DNA of 63,332 nucleotides, filler included, from Octopus bimaculoides (lineage: Eukaryota), in assembly GCF_001194135.2 (NCBI RefSeq). It is 3 parts of 3 records of this genome, joined end to end, with 100 filler letters (N's around TTAATTAATTAA, not from the genome) between each part and the next. Parts side by side here need not be neighbours in the genome. Positions count along the whole stretch, not along the records: positions 1 to 18,392 come from NC_068982.1; 2 more parts are not named here. One strand, written 5' to 3'. The position numbers were made by a program, and so were the translations under genes. How positions within the stretch are numbered: position 1 is the stretch's first letter; each line of letters opens with the position of its first letter. Shown here piece after piece: positions 1-13,754 of the stretch. The notes below the pieces were generated by a model. The model was not told the DNA's origin, searched no databases, and was given only the letters and a program-made list of their open reading frames with translations.

Positions 1-40
<40 letters not shown>

Positions 41-2844
41 TATACGAAGCTAAGTAAGAAAATAATTGGTCTATCATGGAATATACTGGAGATATTTCAA
101 GAGCATGGCAGTAATATAAATCAATTTATTTTATGAATATAGAGTTTTGATCTACAAATATACCTTTCATTTTATTAGATGTAAGTCCAACGCTTTATGG
201 TATCCCTTTTCGTATAAATTCAAATACCGTTTCTTTTATAGGCACTTGGTCAAATATTTGAAATGTATTCAATTAACCTCGAAGATTAAAGGATATGCAG
301 TGTGTGTTTTTTCCGTGATAAAAAAAAGATTAAGTTGATGATGCCTGAAACTGAAATAAGCTCTCGGAGAAATATTAATATATATATACAGACATTTTAC
401 CAGATAATATACTAAAATTAAATCTCATTGTGTTTGTAGTTTAAATACAGTACAGGCTGAATATATTCTACATCTGTCATGTCATGATGTTATCAAAAAA
501 AGCAGCAGTAACTTTCGAAAATATACCTGTTCTTGTCTGCGTTCGAATCTTGAGATTACCTTCGCATTTCAATAAGTGAAAGAAACAACGGAGTGCTCTG
601 CTTTCCAACTGACTCAGCTATAGTTGAGTCAAATGACCAAATTTAATTATATGTTACTCGACTATTTTCAATTAAATGCTAATTTCCCTGTACACTAAAT
701 AAAGATTAATTATAGCTGATTTTTATTCCATTGAATCTCCAGTAGTATAGTATTAACAGAATGTTCATACATGTCTCAGAACACAATAAAGCATCTGAAC
801 ACAAGTTCTCTCAGACCATAGTAAATATTGCGTCCTCGTAAATTAATAGAGATGAAATATATGAGTATAGAAGGATATTCTCAGGCATCGATGATACTAT
901 ATTATTGGATTTTATTTTGGCAGCTGTCATGTCCAGCGTCTGTCGGTCAATGTTCCCTATGCGTCAGTAGTTGTATGTGAGGTTGTTTGCAAGATTTCTT
1001 TGACTCAGACTAGCAGTTACTCATGTATTCAATTCTCAAGGGAAACTCTGCTGCCATGATATGGGTGGATACAGCTTAGCACCAGAAGCTTTGCTGCTAG
1101 ATCGCAATTAACTGGAGTAAACACAGCACAGCATCTCACCCGGCTGTCAATCATTTCCGCTAACTCATCCCGATTGGTATATTTCTATCGTAAAATTATA
1201 TGGAAACACTGAGTAGCAGCCTATCCAACACCCTTTCGACTCTGTAAATTCGCTGCCTTCAGCGATAAAATGCAAAATCGATTCCGACAGCATTCAAACA
1301 TCAAACTAGGAAGGACATTCTACTGTATTTGGTAAAAGAATGTAATCAAATAGATCAACTCTAGTATTTGATTGGCATCAAATTTCTCACCCTAAGAAGG
1401 ATAAAATTCGAACAAGGCTCGATTTTTTCCCAGACCGTAAAAGGATTTAACTCAATAAGGGCCAGAATTTTGCCCAACTTCATCGATTCTGTCTGCCCAA
1501 ACTACAAGTTTTTATATAGGGGATGATCTATCGGTGTGCATGCATACGTGTTTGTGCATGGGTCTATGTGTTTGTGTGTGTATTTATGTAAATACACTCA
1601 TCTTTGATTGATGAGCTAAAGGTCACATTTTCCTCGAACAAGTGTTTGCATTATGTCTTCACTATGCTAAGACATACTTTCATTAAGGAATGAGAAATAA
1701 TATAATTAAGCAGTGTTTCGCTAACATGTAAGTGATGAGTTCGAAGTTGTGTGCAGAAAAAATAGGTTTATAAATTTCCTATAAATCAAGTCCTTTGTAC
1801 CTCCTGGTAACCAGCAAGGCTTCCAACACCGCTCGTTTGACAAATTTACGCATCCCGATGAGTTCGATATGAATAAACCAAATAGGATAAATGCCATTGA
1901 AAAGAAGTAGCTGATCTCAATAAGATGTTGACAGGAACAGTGACGTTAGACAATATGTGAGAATATAAAACTAATTTTTGCTAAAAGAATGATAGATGAT
2001 AAGAACAGACTTCCTACATTTATCATAAATAATGGGTTTAATATTTAATAGAATAAGCAGATGTTTATCAACAGGTGAATTAATTCTAAGTGAACAGAAT
2101 ATTTTAACATAGTAACGGCTTGCTTATTGGATTGTACACTATATATTGAATGGTCTATGTGCGTGTATGTGTGTGTGTTCATATGGATATGTATAGGGAA
2201 CCCAGTGTGTATTTATTAATACACACACACATACATGATATTTACATATATACATATTCACATATTTAATAGTAATGTTTAATTGACTGATGATGTGAAT
2301 ATACTGAGACCCATATAACTAAATCATTCTTTCCTGTATGCCCGTCCTTGTTAAGGCTGATATATTCATTGTATTCCTGAGCTTGAATAAGTTTCATTAA
2401 TGAATGTCAGCTGCACTACATTAATTATAATCTGCTGAAGATTCCAGCTAAAACTTAAACAAGGTCCTCTAAAAGAAACATTATGGTAATACATTCTGTC
2501 CACATGGCTGCTATTTGACAAAAATTTGATAACTATTTTAATGAATTATATTTATTATCCCTCTAGTAAACACATACACATGTATATTTCTGCTCACGCA
2601 TATATATATAAATTTACTTTGAATGTAAGGCTAAATTTTCTCAAAACATTTTATCAGTCGGCAGCATATGAAAATAAGTTCTAAGGTGAAAATTATAAAT
2701 ACAATTTTAAATAAGGGCAAAACAAAAATCTTGTCAGCGTATTGGCAAAGAATTTATTTTCTTTAACCCTTATTTATAATTGTATATGTGTGTGTGTGTG
2801 CGTGTGTGTGTGTGTACATGCATACATATATGGATGATGGGTAT

Positions 2845-3253
2845 GTGTCTATTAAGCAAACCAACTGTGGTACATGTCCCAACCTTTTGGAAGGGTCAGG
2901 ATACTATTTTAAACAAGGGCGACAGTTTACAATTAAATCAAATTTCACTTGTACATCCGAAAATCTGATCTACTGTAATCAGTTGCTCGGGCTGCCAGAA
3001 AAACTATATCGGTAGCACGGGGAATTCTATCCGTCAACGTTGTACGGTGCATCGTCAACAGAGAGCCTCACCACAAAACCGCCAAATTTATCCCAGTAAA
3101 CATATCGACGTATGTACGAAACAAGTACAACCTAAATTCACTATTTCCCCAGTATATAAATTTGCTGACTGGACTTCTACACAAACCCGATTGAATAAAG
3201 AGACATATTTCATCCCAAAATACAAACCTGAGCTAAACACCAATTCATTTTAA
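2845..3253 (+). mobile_element. Penelope-like element, GIY-YIG endonuclease C-terminal fragment
   Basis: Removing one extra A (about 2977) joins ORFs 2788 and 3047 into KQTNCGTCPNLLEGSGYYFKQGRQFTIKSNFTCTSENLIYCISCSGCQKNYIGSTGNSIRQRCTVHRQQ...RLNKETYFIPKYKPELN*. This shows the CxxC, C..N.IY, CxxC, YIG.T, R...H and E..I...P.LN pattern of PLE GIY-YIG domains. Confidence 0.85.
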
Positions 3254-3507
3254 TTGTATTACTAATTGCCACTTAATTACTTGACTACTGGACGCACATT
3301 CATATTCAGACTTGAGTCATGAAAGGTCCGACATGATTCTTATGGAAAAAGTATTCATATCTTGCCAATTGCTTTATCGTTCATTTTCTATTGGACTGAT
3401 TTATTTTATTCTATTATGGAATTTCAACACATACAAAATGTTTATATATGTATGCCAAACACAATTTTTAGGTATAAATTACTATTCATACTTATATGTG
3501 TGTATAT

Positions 3508-3634
<127 letters not shown>

Positions 3635-4038
3635 CATATATATTTTACAAGAGAGAAAATGAGATGTTAGAGCATAAAATATATGCATGTACACTCATTC
3701 AAACATTACTGCTTAATCTTTAAAACCTAGTACGGTAATATAATTAGCTGTGTATAAAATGAAATGACTCCTGTAACTTTATGGTTGCCAAAAACACTGA
3801 AAAGATTCATGAAAAAATAAGAGTTGCTCCCCTTGACATATTGCTTCATCTCTGTTCACCTTTCTTTCAAAGATGGTGTCCTATTGACAGCAAAAAAGTT
3901 TCCTCTATATAAGTTGACAATCGTTTGATCGTGAAACCAGTACTTATTTAATTTGTAATGATGTAATGATGTAATATAATCCTAATATCACCATAAATTA
4001 TATTATACAAACTTTCTGTGAGTTTTACATTTCTTTTC

Positions 4039-4068
<30 letters not shown>

Positions 4069-4071
<3 letters not shown>

Positions 4072-4234
4072 CGACGAAACTCTTTCAGTTTCTGTCTACC
4101 AAATCCACTCATAAGGCTTTGGTCGGCCCGTGACTATAGTAGAAGACACTTGCCCAAGATGACCAGCAGTGGGACTGAACCCGGAACTATGTGCTTCAGA
4201 ATTAAGCTTCGTACCACGCAGCCACACCTGCACC

Positions 4235-4235
<1 letters not shown>
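4069..4235 (-). mobile_element. tRNA-derived SINE, family B (my label)
   Basis: Reverse complement aligns with 10420-10586: box-A-like GGCTGCGTGGT, box-B-like GGGTTCAGTCCC, end ...TGGTAGACAGAAACTGAAAGA..TCGTCGTATA running into (TA)n. Confidence 0.8.
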
Positions 4236-4271
<36 letters not shown>

Positions 4272-7078
4272 CGGCAGTGTATCATATATCGGAAAAAGCA
4301 CATATACAAATGCACTCAAAATCTCTCATATATTGTTTGTTTGTAACCTAATTGCATATTGCTATCCTTAAACACCTGTATGTTCTTTGACAGATATGTT
4401 TGTTACAATTATTGTAAACATCTTCTGTGACGTATATAACAACAATTAAAAATTCATAATGGTGGCACCGGTTCCAGAAGTAGAAAATCAACTTATTAGA
4501 TCCTTCAATGTCATCTTTAGCCAAGAAATGTCTTCTTGAGTATTTTGGCATTCGGGCTGATATCTTTTTTCATATAACTGAGTTCATTAGTTTGTCTAAT
4601 TCTAACATTGGAATATTTCTCACGTTATTTTATTAAAGCATTTTCCTTATTTGTTATATTTATCAATTCTTTCGATACTGAATTTCTTTCCTTGGTAAGA
4701 TCTACGTTCTTTGTCGTTATATTGTTTCCCTCTAGGCAACTTGATACTCGTTCCGCCTTTCATTGTCTCTTACAATAAGGCAAGCTATATTGTGTTTATT
4801 TCTTTATCACTTATGCACTAATGGTCAATTAGTTGTCCTGTTTCTATATTTAGATTACATCATTCATACCAGGTTTTTCTTAAGATGTCGCGCACTCTAA
4901 TTTATAAATTGGTATTTCATATGTATACTGAGTGTGTGTATTTCATATAACACACGCTGAAAACTTCTGAATATCATTCAAAAAGATAACATTCAGCTAA
5001 AGAGCAAAATGTTTTAAAGAAGAACCTTCCAAGTGAACGAGTTAAAACCGAATGGGAATACATACACAAAGTTACACAAATCAATCCTAACCTAAACTAA
5101 AAATGGGAACATTATCAGGTTCAACCACTCCTTCAAACTAGATAGCTACTAGGTGACTTAGTGCTGCCTAATACAATCACTAAAAATTTCATAGCCAGTC
5201 ATAAATGCCACTATACAAATGTTAGTTATCGCCGCATAAGGACCCATACACTCGCTATCCAAGTCATAAATAAACATATATGTAGAAATGACTCACAAAC
5301 AGAAAACAGTTGAATGGATAATGGTTCGAACTCAAGTAGTGGGTGCTACTTTGGTATGCGATCCACGAAGCCAACGTAATCTACAGGAGTCAAATTCTAC
5401 TTTAGTATGCGATCTACATGTTTTATATATTTATTATGTCTTAAATAAAACATTCTAACATTTTTATACATTTATTTTTAAAAATAAAAAAATGAAGCAG
5501 ATTTAAAACAAGTTTACTAATTTTATGGGCGAATCGAAAGAACATGAGCTGGAAAAGTAAAAAATAGAGAATTAAAATTTTTATACACTTTATACATTTA
5601 TTATTAACGCTTGTGGTTTCATAACCACTAACCAAACATTCTTTCGAAACCAATACAGGTGTTTTCCTTGTTCTTGATAAGTATAACTTTCATTGTAAAT
5701 CACAACATAAAGTGATCGTATACCAAAACAGTTTCATGACACGTAGTTTGCATACCAAAGTAGCACCTATTTAGTGCTAATTGCAAATTTCCTCAAAGGA
5801 CAAGTAATTTCCAAGTCAAGAATGTTACAAAAATCACAAACCGGCATTAGATTCGCCAAAGTAGCAAGCGTAATTTTCAAAGTTATATGTACAAACCTGT
5901 CGTAGATCCTTTGGTGCTTACGTTTGCATACAAATATATACTGACTGATAATAGACAGGGTCAACATTTACAGAAATAGTTCAGAAATATATCATCAGTG
6001 TACAGCAGTAAAATATAACATAATTACGTAACAAGTAGGTTTCCCAAGAGAAGCAATGAAGTGATGACACGATGCAGACAGCTGGATAAATTCCTATTTA
6101 AACCCTGTTCCGAAATGCAAACAGGGTTAAATACTGATAACTCAATATCAATGACTATAGCGGAGGACAAAAGTGAATTTGAAGAAATTAGTCTATCTGC
6201 ATGTCACGTGTGGACATTTTCCTGTTACACATGAATTTATCAGTTATATTATATGAATAGGCATCACACACATCTGCAGTATTTGATATGGAACTAATTC
6301 ATGGCACAAGCGGAGCTATGGCGAAATAAGACTGCGCGGCAATATGTCATCTAGACATTCGATTCGGATAACAATTCCGTTATGTTAACTTTAGCTCACT
6401 AACAAAACATATATGTCTATTAAAAAAGCTATTTAAGAGAGACAGAGAGACGGAAAAAACGATAATCTCCATTGTTTCCCAGCAAGCCCAGTATAATACT
6501 CAGGTGATTGACAACCAATAATATAAACTTTGCACTCTGCATATGTAAATATTTAATATTGTAAAAATAATTGATGGTTAACAGCGTAAGATCTAAACAG
6601 GTTAGACATTTCTGGTGCTGAAAGTATCGCAACTTCAGCCTCTTCTTTTATCTAAGGTCAAATGCTATCGCTACTCATTCTAAGACGTCTATGCATATGA
6701 ACTATATTTATATCATTGGGTACTATGTAATTATAGTTGGTAGGCTAGACGTAGATGTACACACGAATAAAATAGTTCAGGCTTTTAATCCTTTTTCAGC
6801 CACCTTTTTTTTTAAACTTTAACATTGATTCGTAGAAATAACACTGGATTTTGCGAACAAGAACACATACATAATATATATCTCTATGTCTATGTGTGAG
6901 TATATGCGTCTCTGTATCTGCGTGTCTACGAATGATAGAGGTCGGATGTTTCTTCGCATGTAATATTGCATGTTTACCATAACAGCCACAACACTTCGGG
7001 TTTAAATCGTGACTGTGAATGTGTAAAAATGGACGACAAACATATGTATGTGAGTGTGAGTGTGATTACATCTATATA

Positions 7079-7142
<64 letters not shown>

Positions 7143-7600
7143 CGTATATAGGTATACATATACACACGTATGCACACTCACACACACATACACACCTATA
7201 TCTATGTACACATACGTACATATATGTATGTGAGCGTGGGTGTTGAGTATGTCTATGTTTGCAAGAAGTGTACGCAATGTATGTGAGTGTATAGCTGTAA
7301 ATATGCGTGCTTGTCAGTATATGCTTCTATAATGGGATGAGGAAATTTGATATTAATCGATTAAGAATTGCTGAGATATCTTTTCAGTCAAGAAGAAAGA
7401 GTTAGTTTCATTCTACAGAATTTCCAAAACAACAATAGTGTGAAAATGGAGATAAGCTTGTTTATTGGAAATATGTTAATAAGAAAAGAGATGAAAGCAA
7501 ATGTAAAGGTCTGTTCATATTTATTCATAACTGACAAACACATGCTCATTGCTAACACATACGCCCAAAGACATGTACATACATAGATACAAATGTAGGC

Positions 7601-7638
<38 letters not shown>

Positions 7639-8679
7639 NNNNNNNNNNNNNNNNNNNNNNNNNNNNNNNNNNNNNNNNNNNNNNNNNNNNNNNNNNNNNN
7701 NNNNNNNNNNNNNNNNNNNNNNNNNNNNNNNNNNNNNNNNNNNNNNNNNNNNNNNNNNNNNNNNNNNNNNNNNNNNNNNNNNNNNNNNNNNNNNNNNNNN
7801 NNNNNNNNNNNNNNNNNNNNNNNNNNNNNNNNNNNNNNNNNNNNNNNNNNNNNNNNNNNNNNNNNNNNNNNNNNNNNNNNNNNNNNNNNNNNNNNNNNNN
7901 NNNNNNNNNNNNNNNNNNNNNNNNNNNNNNNNNNNNNNNNNNNNNNNNNNNNNNNNNNNNNNNNNNNNNNNNNNNNNNNNNNNNNNNNNNNNNNNNNNNN
8001 NNNNNNNNNNNNNNNNNNNNNNNNNNNNNNNNNNNNNNNNNNNNNNNNNNNNNNNNNNNNNNNNNNNNNNNNNNNNNNNNNNNNNNNNNNNNNNNNNNNN
8101 NNNNNNNNNNNNNNNNNNNNNNNNNNNNNNNNNNNNNNNNNNNNNNNNNNNNNNNNNNNNNNNNNNNNNNNNNNNNNNNNNNNNNNNNNNNNNNNNNNNN
8201 NNNNNNNNNNNNNNNNNNNNNNNNNNNNNNNNNNNNNNNNNNNNNNNNNNNNNNNNNNNNNNNNNNNNNNNNNNNNNNNNNNNNNNNNNNNNNNNNNNNN
8301 NNNNNNNNNNNNNNNNNNNNNNNNNNNNNNNNNNNNNNNNNNNNNNNNNNNNNNNNNNNNNNNNNNNNNNNNNNNNNNNNNNNNNNNNNNNNNNNNNNNN
8401 NNNNNNNNNNNNNNNNNNNNNNNNNNNNNNNNNNNNNNNNNNNNNNNNNNNNNNNNNNNNNNNNNNNNNNNNNNNNNNNNNNNNNNNNNNNNNNNNNNNN
8501 NNNNNNNNNNNNNNNNNNNNNNNNNNNNNNNNNNNNNNNNNNNNNNNNNNNNNNNNNNNNNNNNNNNNNNNNNNNNNNNNNNNNNNNNNNNNNNNNNNNN
8601 NNNNNNNNNNNNNNNNNNNNNNNNNNNNNNTGTGTGTGTGTGTGTGTGTGTGTGTTTGTGTGTCTGTGTGTGTGTGTGC

Positions 8680-8934
8680 ATATACATGTGTTGCATACCT
8701 AGACATGCTCATATATACCTAAATGATAAACTTCTGGAAAGTTTTACACATTTTTACAGTTCCAGTAATGGCTTAGATCTATAGTGAGAAGCCTAATTTG
8801 TCAAGACTTGAATTTCGGCAGTGTGTTACATATCCCAGTGCCCAAATAATTACAGGTATAAACCTGAACTTGTAATCTGGCTAGAGTAGCTGTAGATTCC
8901 TCAATAGTTCAGCATAGGTATTTTCTTCGATCTT
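8680..8934 (-). mobile_element. R4/Dong-like RLE non-LTR element, family 1, 3' fragment
   Basis: Aligns by eye with the 47.3-47.6 kb part of the long copy (e.g. CAGTGTGTTACATATCCCAGTG..TAATTACAGG.ATAAAC.TGAACTTGTAATCTGG). Confidence 0.8.
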
Positions 8935-9261
8935 ATATATGTATATGTGTATGTATGCGTATGTATGTGTATGTATGTATATGCATACCCGCATACACAC
9001 ACATACACATACATATATATACATGTATATGTATGTATGCATTGATGTATGTATGTACGTATGTATGCATTGATGTATGTACGTACGTATGTTTGTATAT
9101 ATGCATGTATTAATCTGTGTTTGGGATATATTTAAGACTTGTTATGCAGAATTGAACCTGCTTACTGTCAAAGTAACAAGGATCTTTCGTTTAAGTCAAG
9201 ACAAGAGTAGTTTGATTTTTGTGGTTATCATCGTTGGTCGATGTCTGCATATATGAGTGTG

Positions 9262-9332
<71 letters not shown>

Positions 9333-9449
9333 AATAAACTTGCATTCATATTGTATATATGTCATAAAACATGCTTGCTTTATTAATGATCAAGTTGTGC
9401 ATGCGTGTGCATTTCATATCTATATGTAATTTCATGTGTTCAGCCCAAA

Positions 9450-10120
9450 GAACCTCTCATAGTGAAATCCTGAAATGTTTTGCAAAATCAGTTTGCCCAT
9501 CTCTAATCGCTTGTACTTGGAGAATGCGAATCAATCTATTCTGTTCTGTTTATAGACTTTCATGCAAATCTGTTACGAAGTCACGTACACCTATGATAAT
9601 ATCTATAAATGGGAATCTATAGTCCAGATATAAGAGCGATATGTCTGCAATTAATCCACAATTGATATTCTCCTTTTCACAAATATTTAATGAGACATTG
9701 CCATTTGTCGCTCAACTGATCTTTGCAGCAATGCATGGCATTTGCTTCTAATTCTACCAAACAATATCTGTCCTGTTGTGATTAAACTAGGTTGCTGTTT
9801 TTACGACAATGTTGTGTGAGTATTACTTTTCAACGTGTAAATATATTCTTATGTTGGTGTGCATTTGGTATGGCCTTCAAGACGAATCCTTCCTGCGTAT
9901 ATAATAGAAGACGGTTTTAACAGTGATATTTCATGAGAAGGTAGTATCTATCGGGTATTTTTGGATAGTTGCTGATTACATGAGCGATATCTTCCGCAGT
10001 ATGGTACAATAAACATTTCCTATCACACCTTACGGGTTTAGGGTTATCTATATGTCTATCGTTGATCAGTTATTTAATAAAACACAGCCCTTTAAGTGAG
10101 ATGTGTTGTATTTTTCGCAG
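9450..10120 (-). mobile_element. Old, diverged R4/Dong-like RLE element fragment (CCHC + RLE)
   Basis: Minus-strand translation with stops and shifts gives CDRKCLLYHTAEDIAHVISNYPKIPDRYYL, FNHNRTDIVW and NICEKEN...LYLDYRFPFIDIIIG...RLIRILQVQAI, colinear with the 47 kb copy. Confidence 0.7.
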
Positions 10121-10419
10121 GTAGAGAACAGACCACCACTACTTTAAGGATTTTGGTATTCTCTTACTTATGAGTTACGTACCCACGCATAAACTTCAGT
10201 TCTTTCCCCGGTGACTATCAATTCAGAAGACTTACAATCATCGACAGGAGAGTCTCACTGCTGATATAGGTTTTAGCAGAGGCGTTTGCATGGTATACAC
10301 ACTCTGTATCTCATATAACCACATTACTACTTTGCTTTATTTCTTTATCTATATTCCAGATCCCTCTCTAAAATCACCGTCGATAATCTTATCTTGGTGA
10401 TACGCTTTTACATTATTAC

Positions 10420-10586
10420 AGGCGTAGGCGTGCTTGTGTTGTAGGAAGCTTGCTTTCTAATCACGTCCTTCCGTGTTCAGTCCTATTGCGTGATACCTTG
10501 GAAAAGTGTCTTTTACTATAACCTCGGTTAACCAAAGCTTTTTGAGTGCATTTGGTAGACGGAAACTGAAAGAAGCCCGTCCTATA
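10420..10586 (+). mobile_element. tRNA-derived SINE, family B
   Basis: GGCGTAGGCGTG...GTGTTCAGTCC...CCAAAGC..TTGAGTGCATTTGGTAGACGGAAACTGAAAGAAGCCCGTC; homologous to 4069-4235. Confidence 0.8.
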
Positions 10587-10800
10587 TGTGTGTGTTTTTG
10601 CGTGTGTTTGTGTGTCCGAGTTTGTATGATTGTGTATGCGTATAGAAGAATATAGTATTCAATGAAATTCCAGACTAGTTTGATTTTCACGTTTTGTTAT
10701 TTACAATATTTACAATCATACAATATTAAAAAAATATATATATTTATATTTATTCTGATAAATCTAGCACTTTCAAGCGTTACGCAATCATCAGGTTTAT

Positions 10801-10836
<36 letters not shown>

Positions 10837-11289
10837 ATAGTGCTGCAAGACTAGATCATAGGTAAATGTAATAAATTATCACCTGCACCCCACTCCAGTC
10901 TATCTATGATCTAGTGTAACAGACTCCTTCTCACCTGAGTCACTGACCTTAGATATCATATTACACACTTTCAAGAACTATATTCTTAACCTGAACAGCC
11001 ACCATAGTTGTTCATTATCCCATTTCATAGTTGGCCTCGACAGAATCTAGCCACATCCCTGCTGTATTCTTGAGACATTCTTTTAATTGTAAAATTACTT
11101 CTCATTTGATGATTACAGCCTTTTATAATGGAGTAATTTTCTCATTCTTCTATTAAAAAGTTTCATAAGAAAGAGTTGTAATGAGTGGACAATTATCCAA
11201 TTATGGCCGCTGGTTGATTGTAGGGAATAATCTTTCTATAGGCAAAAAGTTTATATACACATGGATTGGTTAGGTCATGGATGGTATTT

Positions 11290-11660
11290 CCAAATTAGAA
11301 GCGACGAATACCTGAAAGTTCATTTACATGTGTACACTTGATGGCAACAATATTTCGCAATTCATGGATATCGCAGCCTGTTGGATGGCGTGCAGTTTCT
11401 GATAGATTCAGAATTGTGCACTTAGAAACTCCAAGGAAATAAAGATAGGCTCTATCAAGTGTCCTCAATATGATGTTTGAGAAGTTTCTCCCATTGTCCT
11501 GGAATGTGCAGCTGAAACGTTGTAGGGATGTGAATAGTGTCTCAGTCCCCACGCCCTAAAGAATTGCCTATGTTGTATGAATCTTCTCTTAAATCACTGA
11601 TTATCATGCCATTGTAGTGTTTCGTTATACCAATGGATGGAGTCAGGTTGGCTCTGAGTG
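11290..11660 (-). mobile_element. Possible degenerate PLE GIY-YIG 3' fragment
   Basis: Frameshifted pieces SIGIT, FKRRFIQHRQ and QDNGRNFSNIILRTLDR resemble the GIY-YIG C-terminal half. Similarity is weak. Confidence 0.3.
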
Positions 11661-12476
11661 AGCAGTCAGTAGGATTTCAGTAGTTACGGGTTGGTGTGTA
11701 TAGAAGACTGCATGTGGTGTGTTACATTTTGTTGTAGCGCGCAAATTTAGAAGCGATATTATCTAAGCAGGAATAGCTATCCTTAAAGTAATGTAGAGTT
11801 CGATTCAAGCTGTTATTGGATACGCGTAACTCTAAAATGTGCTGAGCACTACTTTGTTTCGTCTGCTCACCCACTTGTATATCTATATATTATCTATCTA
11901 TCTGTCTGTCTATCTGTCCATCCATCCGTCCATCCGTCCATCCGTCCATCCGTCTGTCTGTCTACTTGCATGCCTGTGTATCTACATACACCCCCCACAC
12001 ACACACACACACGTACGTATAAATTACAACTCATGCTTTCAAAGAATCTCATTTGATTATAGGTCTTCTGCAATATAAGCATGGTTGCAAACTTGTAAAG
12101 TTCAGGGATAGATTTATCATTTGTTTATTTCTTTTATGTCTTTACCTAACGAAGAACTAAAATTCAGCATCCGGAAAAAGTTTCGTACATATGTGATGTG
12201 TATACATACATACATGCATACATTCATATATATACAAAGAGAGAGAGGGGAGATAAAGAGAGAGAGACATGAATAGATAAGAGAAGTGATGTGAGAGAGC
12301 TGATGTTTATTCCATGCTTTTACAGCTGTTTCATAACCTTGTTAGATATATAATAACTGTTACACGAATATTAATACACATATAAAATATACATATAAAA
12401 ACATATATAAATAGATATATACATAAATGAATAAATATATATATATATATATACCTTTAAATAAATAAATAGATAA

Positions 12477-12547
<71 letters not shown>

Positions 12548-12780
12548 CTTGTAAAAACATATATAAATAAAGATATATACACGTACATAGAAGGGTACTG
12601 GTATATGAGTCACGAGAATAATCTCAGAACGAAAACATGAACACTACTACGGTGAGTAATGTGATTATATTTATGCAATCAGATTCTGCCAAACTTTGAA
12701 TACTATCTATTGAATCGAGCCCTGGTACTTTATGGTACTTCAGAAGGATAAGTACAAAATCCACTCCGAAATATCTAAAA

Positions 12781-12960
12781 TACTAGAGGGTTCTCAAAAG
12801 TTCTTAGCTTTGGGTAAAGGAAAATACAGGAGGATAAGTTAATTTTGATTTTATTCAAAGTATTCCCCTCAAATTCACATACTTATTGCAGCGATCTTTC
12901 AGTTTTTCAAAGAGCACAGATGAATGGGCCTCCAACCAGGCTTTTCGCAACACCCTTAAA
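12781..12960 (-). mobile_element. Mariner-type DNA transposon remnant (transposase C-terminus plus one TIR)
   Basis: Minus strand reads WLEAHSSVLFEKLKDRCNKYVNLRGEYFE* (mariner RWxKCxxxxGxYxE-like end), followed by a TIR-like end TA-CTAGAGGGTTCTCAAAAGTT. No partner TIR was found. Confidence 0.55.
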
Positions 12961-13613
12961 GCCAGGGACTTTCCAGTGCCCGCTTGTACATGCAATTCTC
13001 ATTATAATGAAGTGTGTTGTACGAAATCATACCCGATTTTATATCGTAGTGCTAAACTGAATGGCGCTGAATAGACCTGTTTAATGACTCGGCGAAGGTG
13101 TAAATTAGAAGCAAAAACCAATCAGATTTGGACATATTTAGGTGATTTTAAAAGCTGGATCCAAGAAGATATTTCATACTGAAATATTCTCTATATCATT
13201 TTCCTCTTAATTTCTGTGCCGCTTCTTTCGCCCAATAAAATATAGAGGGAAAAGAAATTTACAAATAATTACATTGCATTATATCAATTTTATTGCCATT
13301 TGATTCTCAGCGAAGAAAGATAAAACAAAACAAAAAATTAATAAAGTTACAAAAATAAATGAAATGAAATTATTGGAAAACATAAAATAGCCATATATTC
13401 TGATTGACTGTAGTAAAGAATGACAGTAAGCCTTGACGCAAGTTGCCATATATTATGAAAGACAACAATAGTGAGAGATAGAGCTTTCCTTAATAAAGGA
13501 TAGTCTAAAATAATGTATGAGAATGCAAATGATTTTCGAAGAAATATTTTATTGAAAACAAACGAGCAGGAAACAGAGTTTGATACCGCCAAAACAAACA
13601 GAGCGTCATCGAA

Positions 13614-13651
<38 letters not shown>

Positions 13652-13754
13652 CAAAGAATATATATACATGTATACACACATATATGTACATACTTACATC
13701 TACATGTGTATATATATGCATATCAGGGTACGGGACGTTAGAACAATGAACTAC

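Noticed and set aside
7521-8784. Long ORFs containing X runs (also at 17.5, 19.7, 26, 27, 29, 36, 41, 44, 45.6, 50.5 and 61 kb)
   Set aside because: They are open only because N gaps and dinucleotide repeats contain no stop codons.
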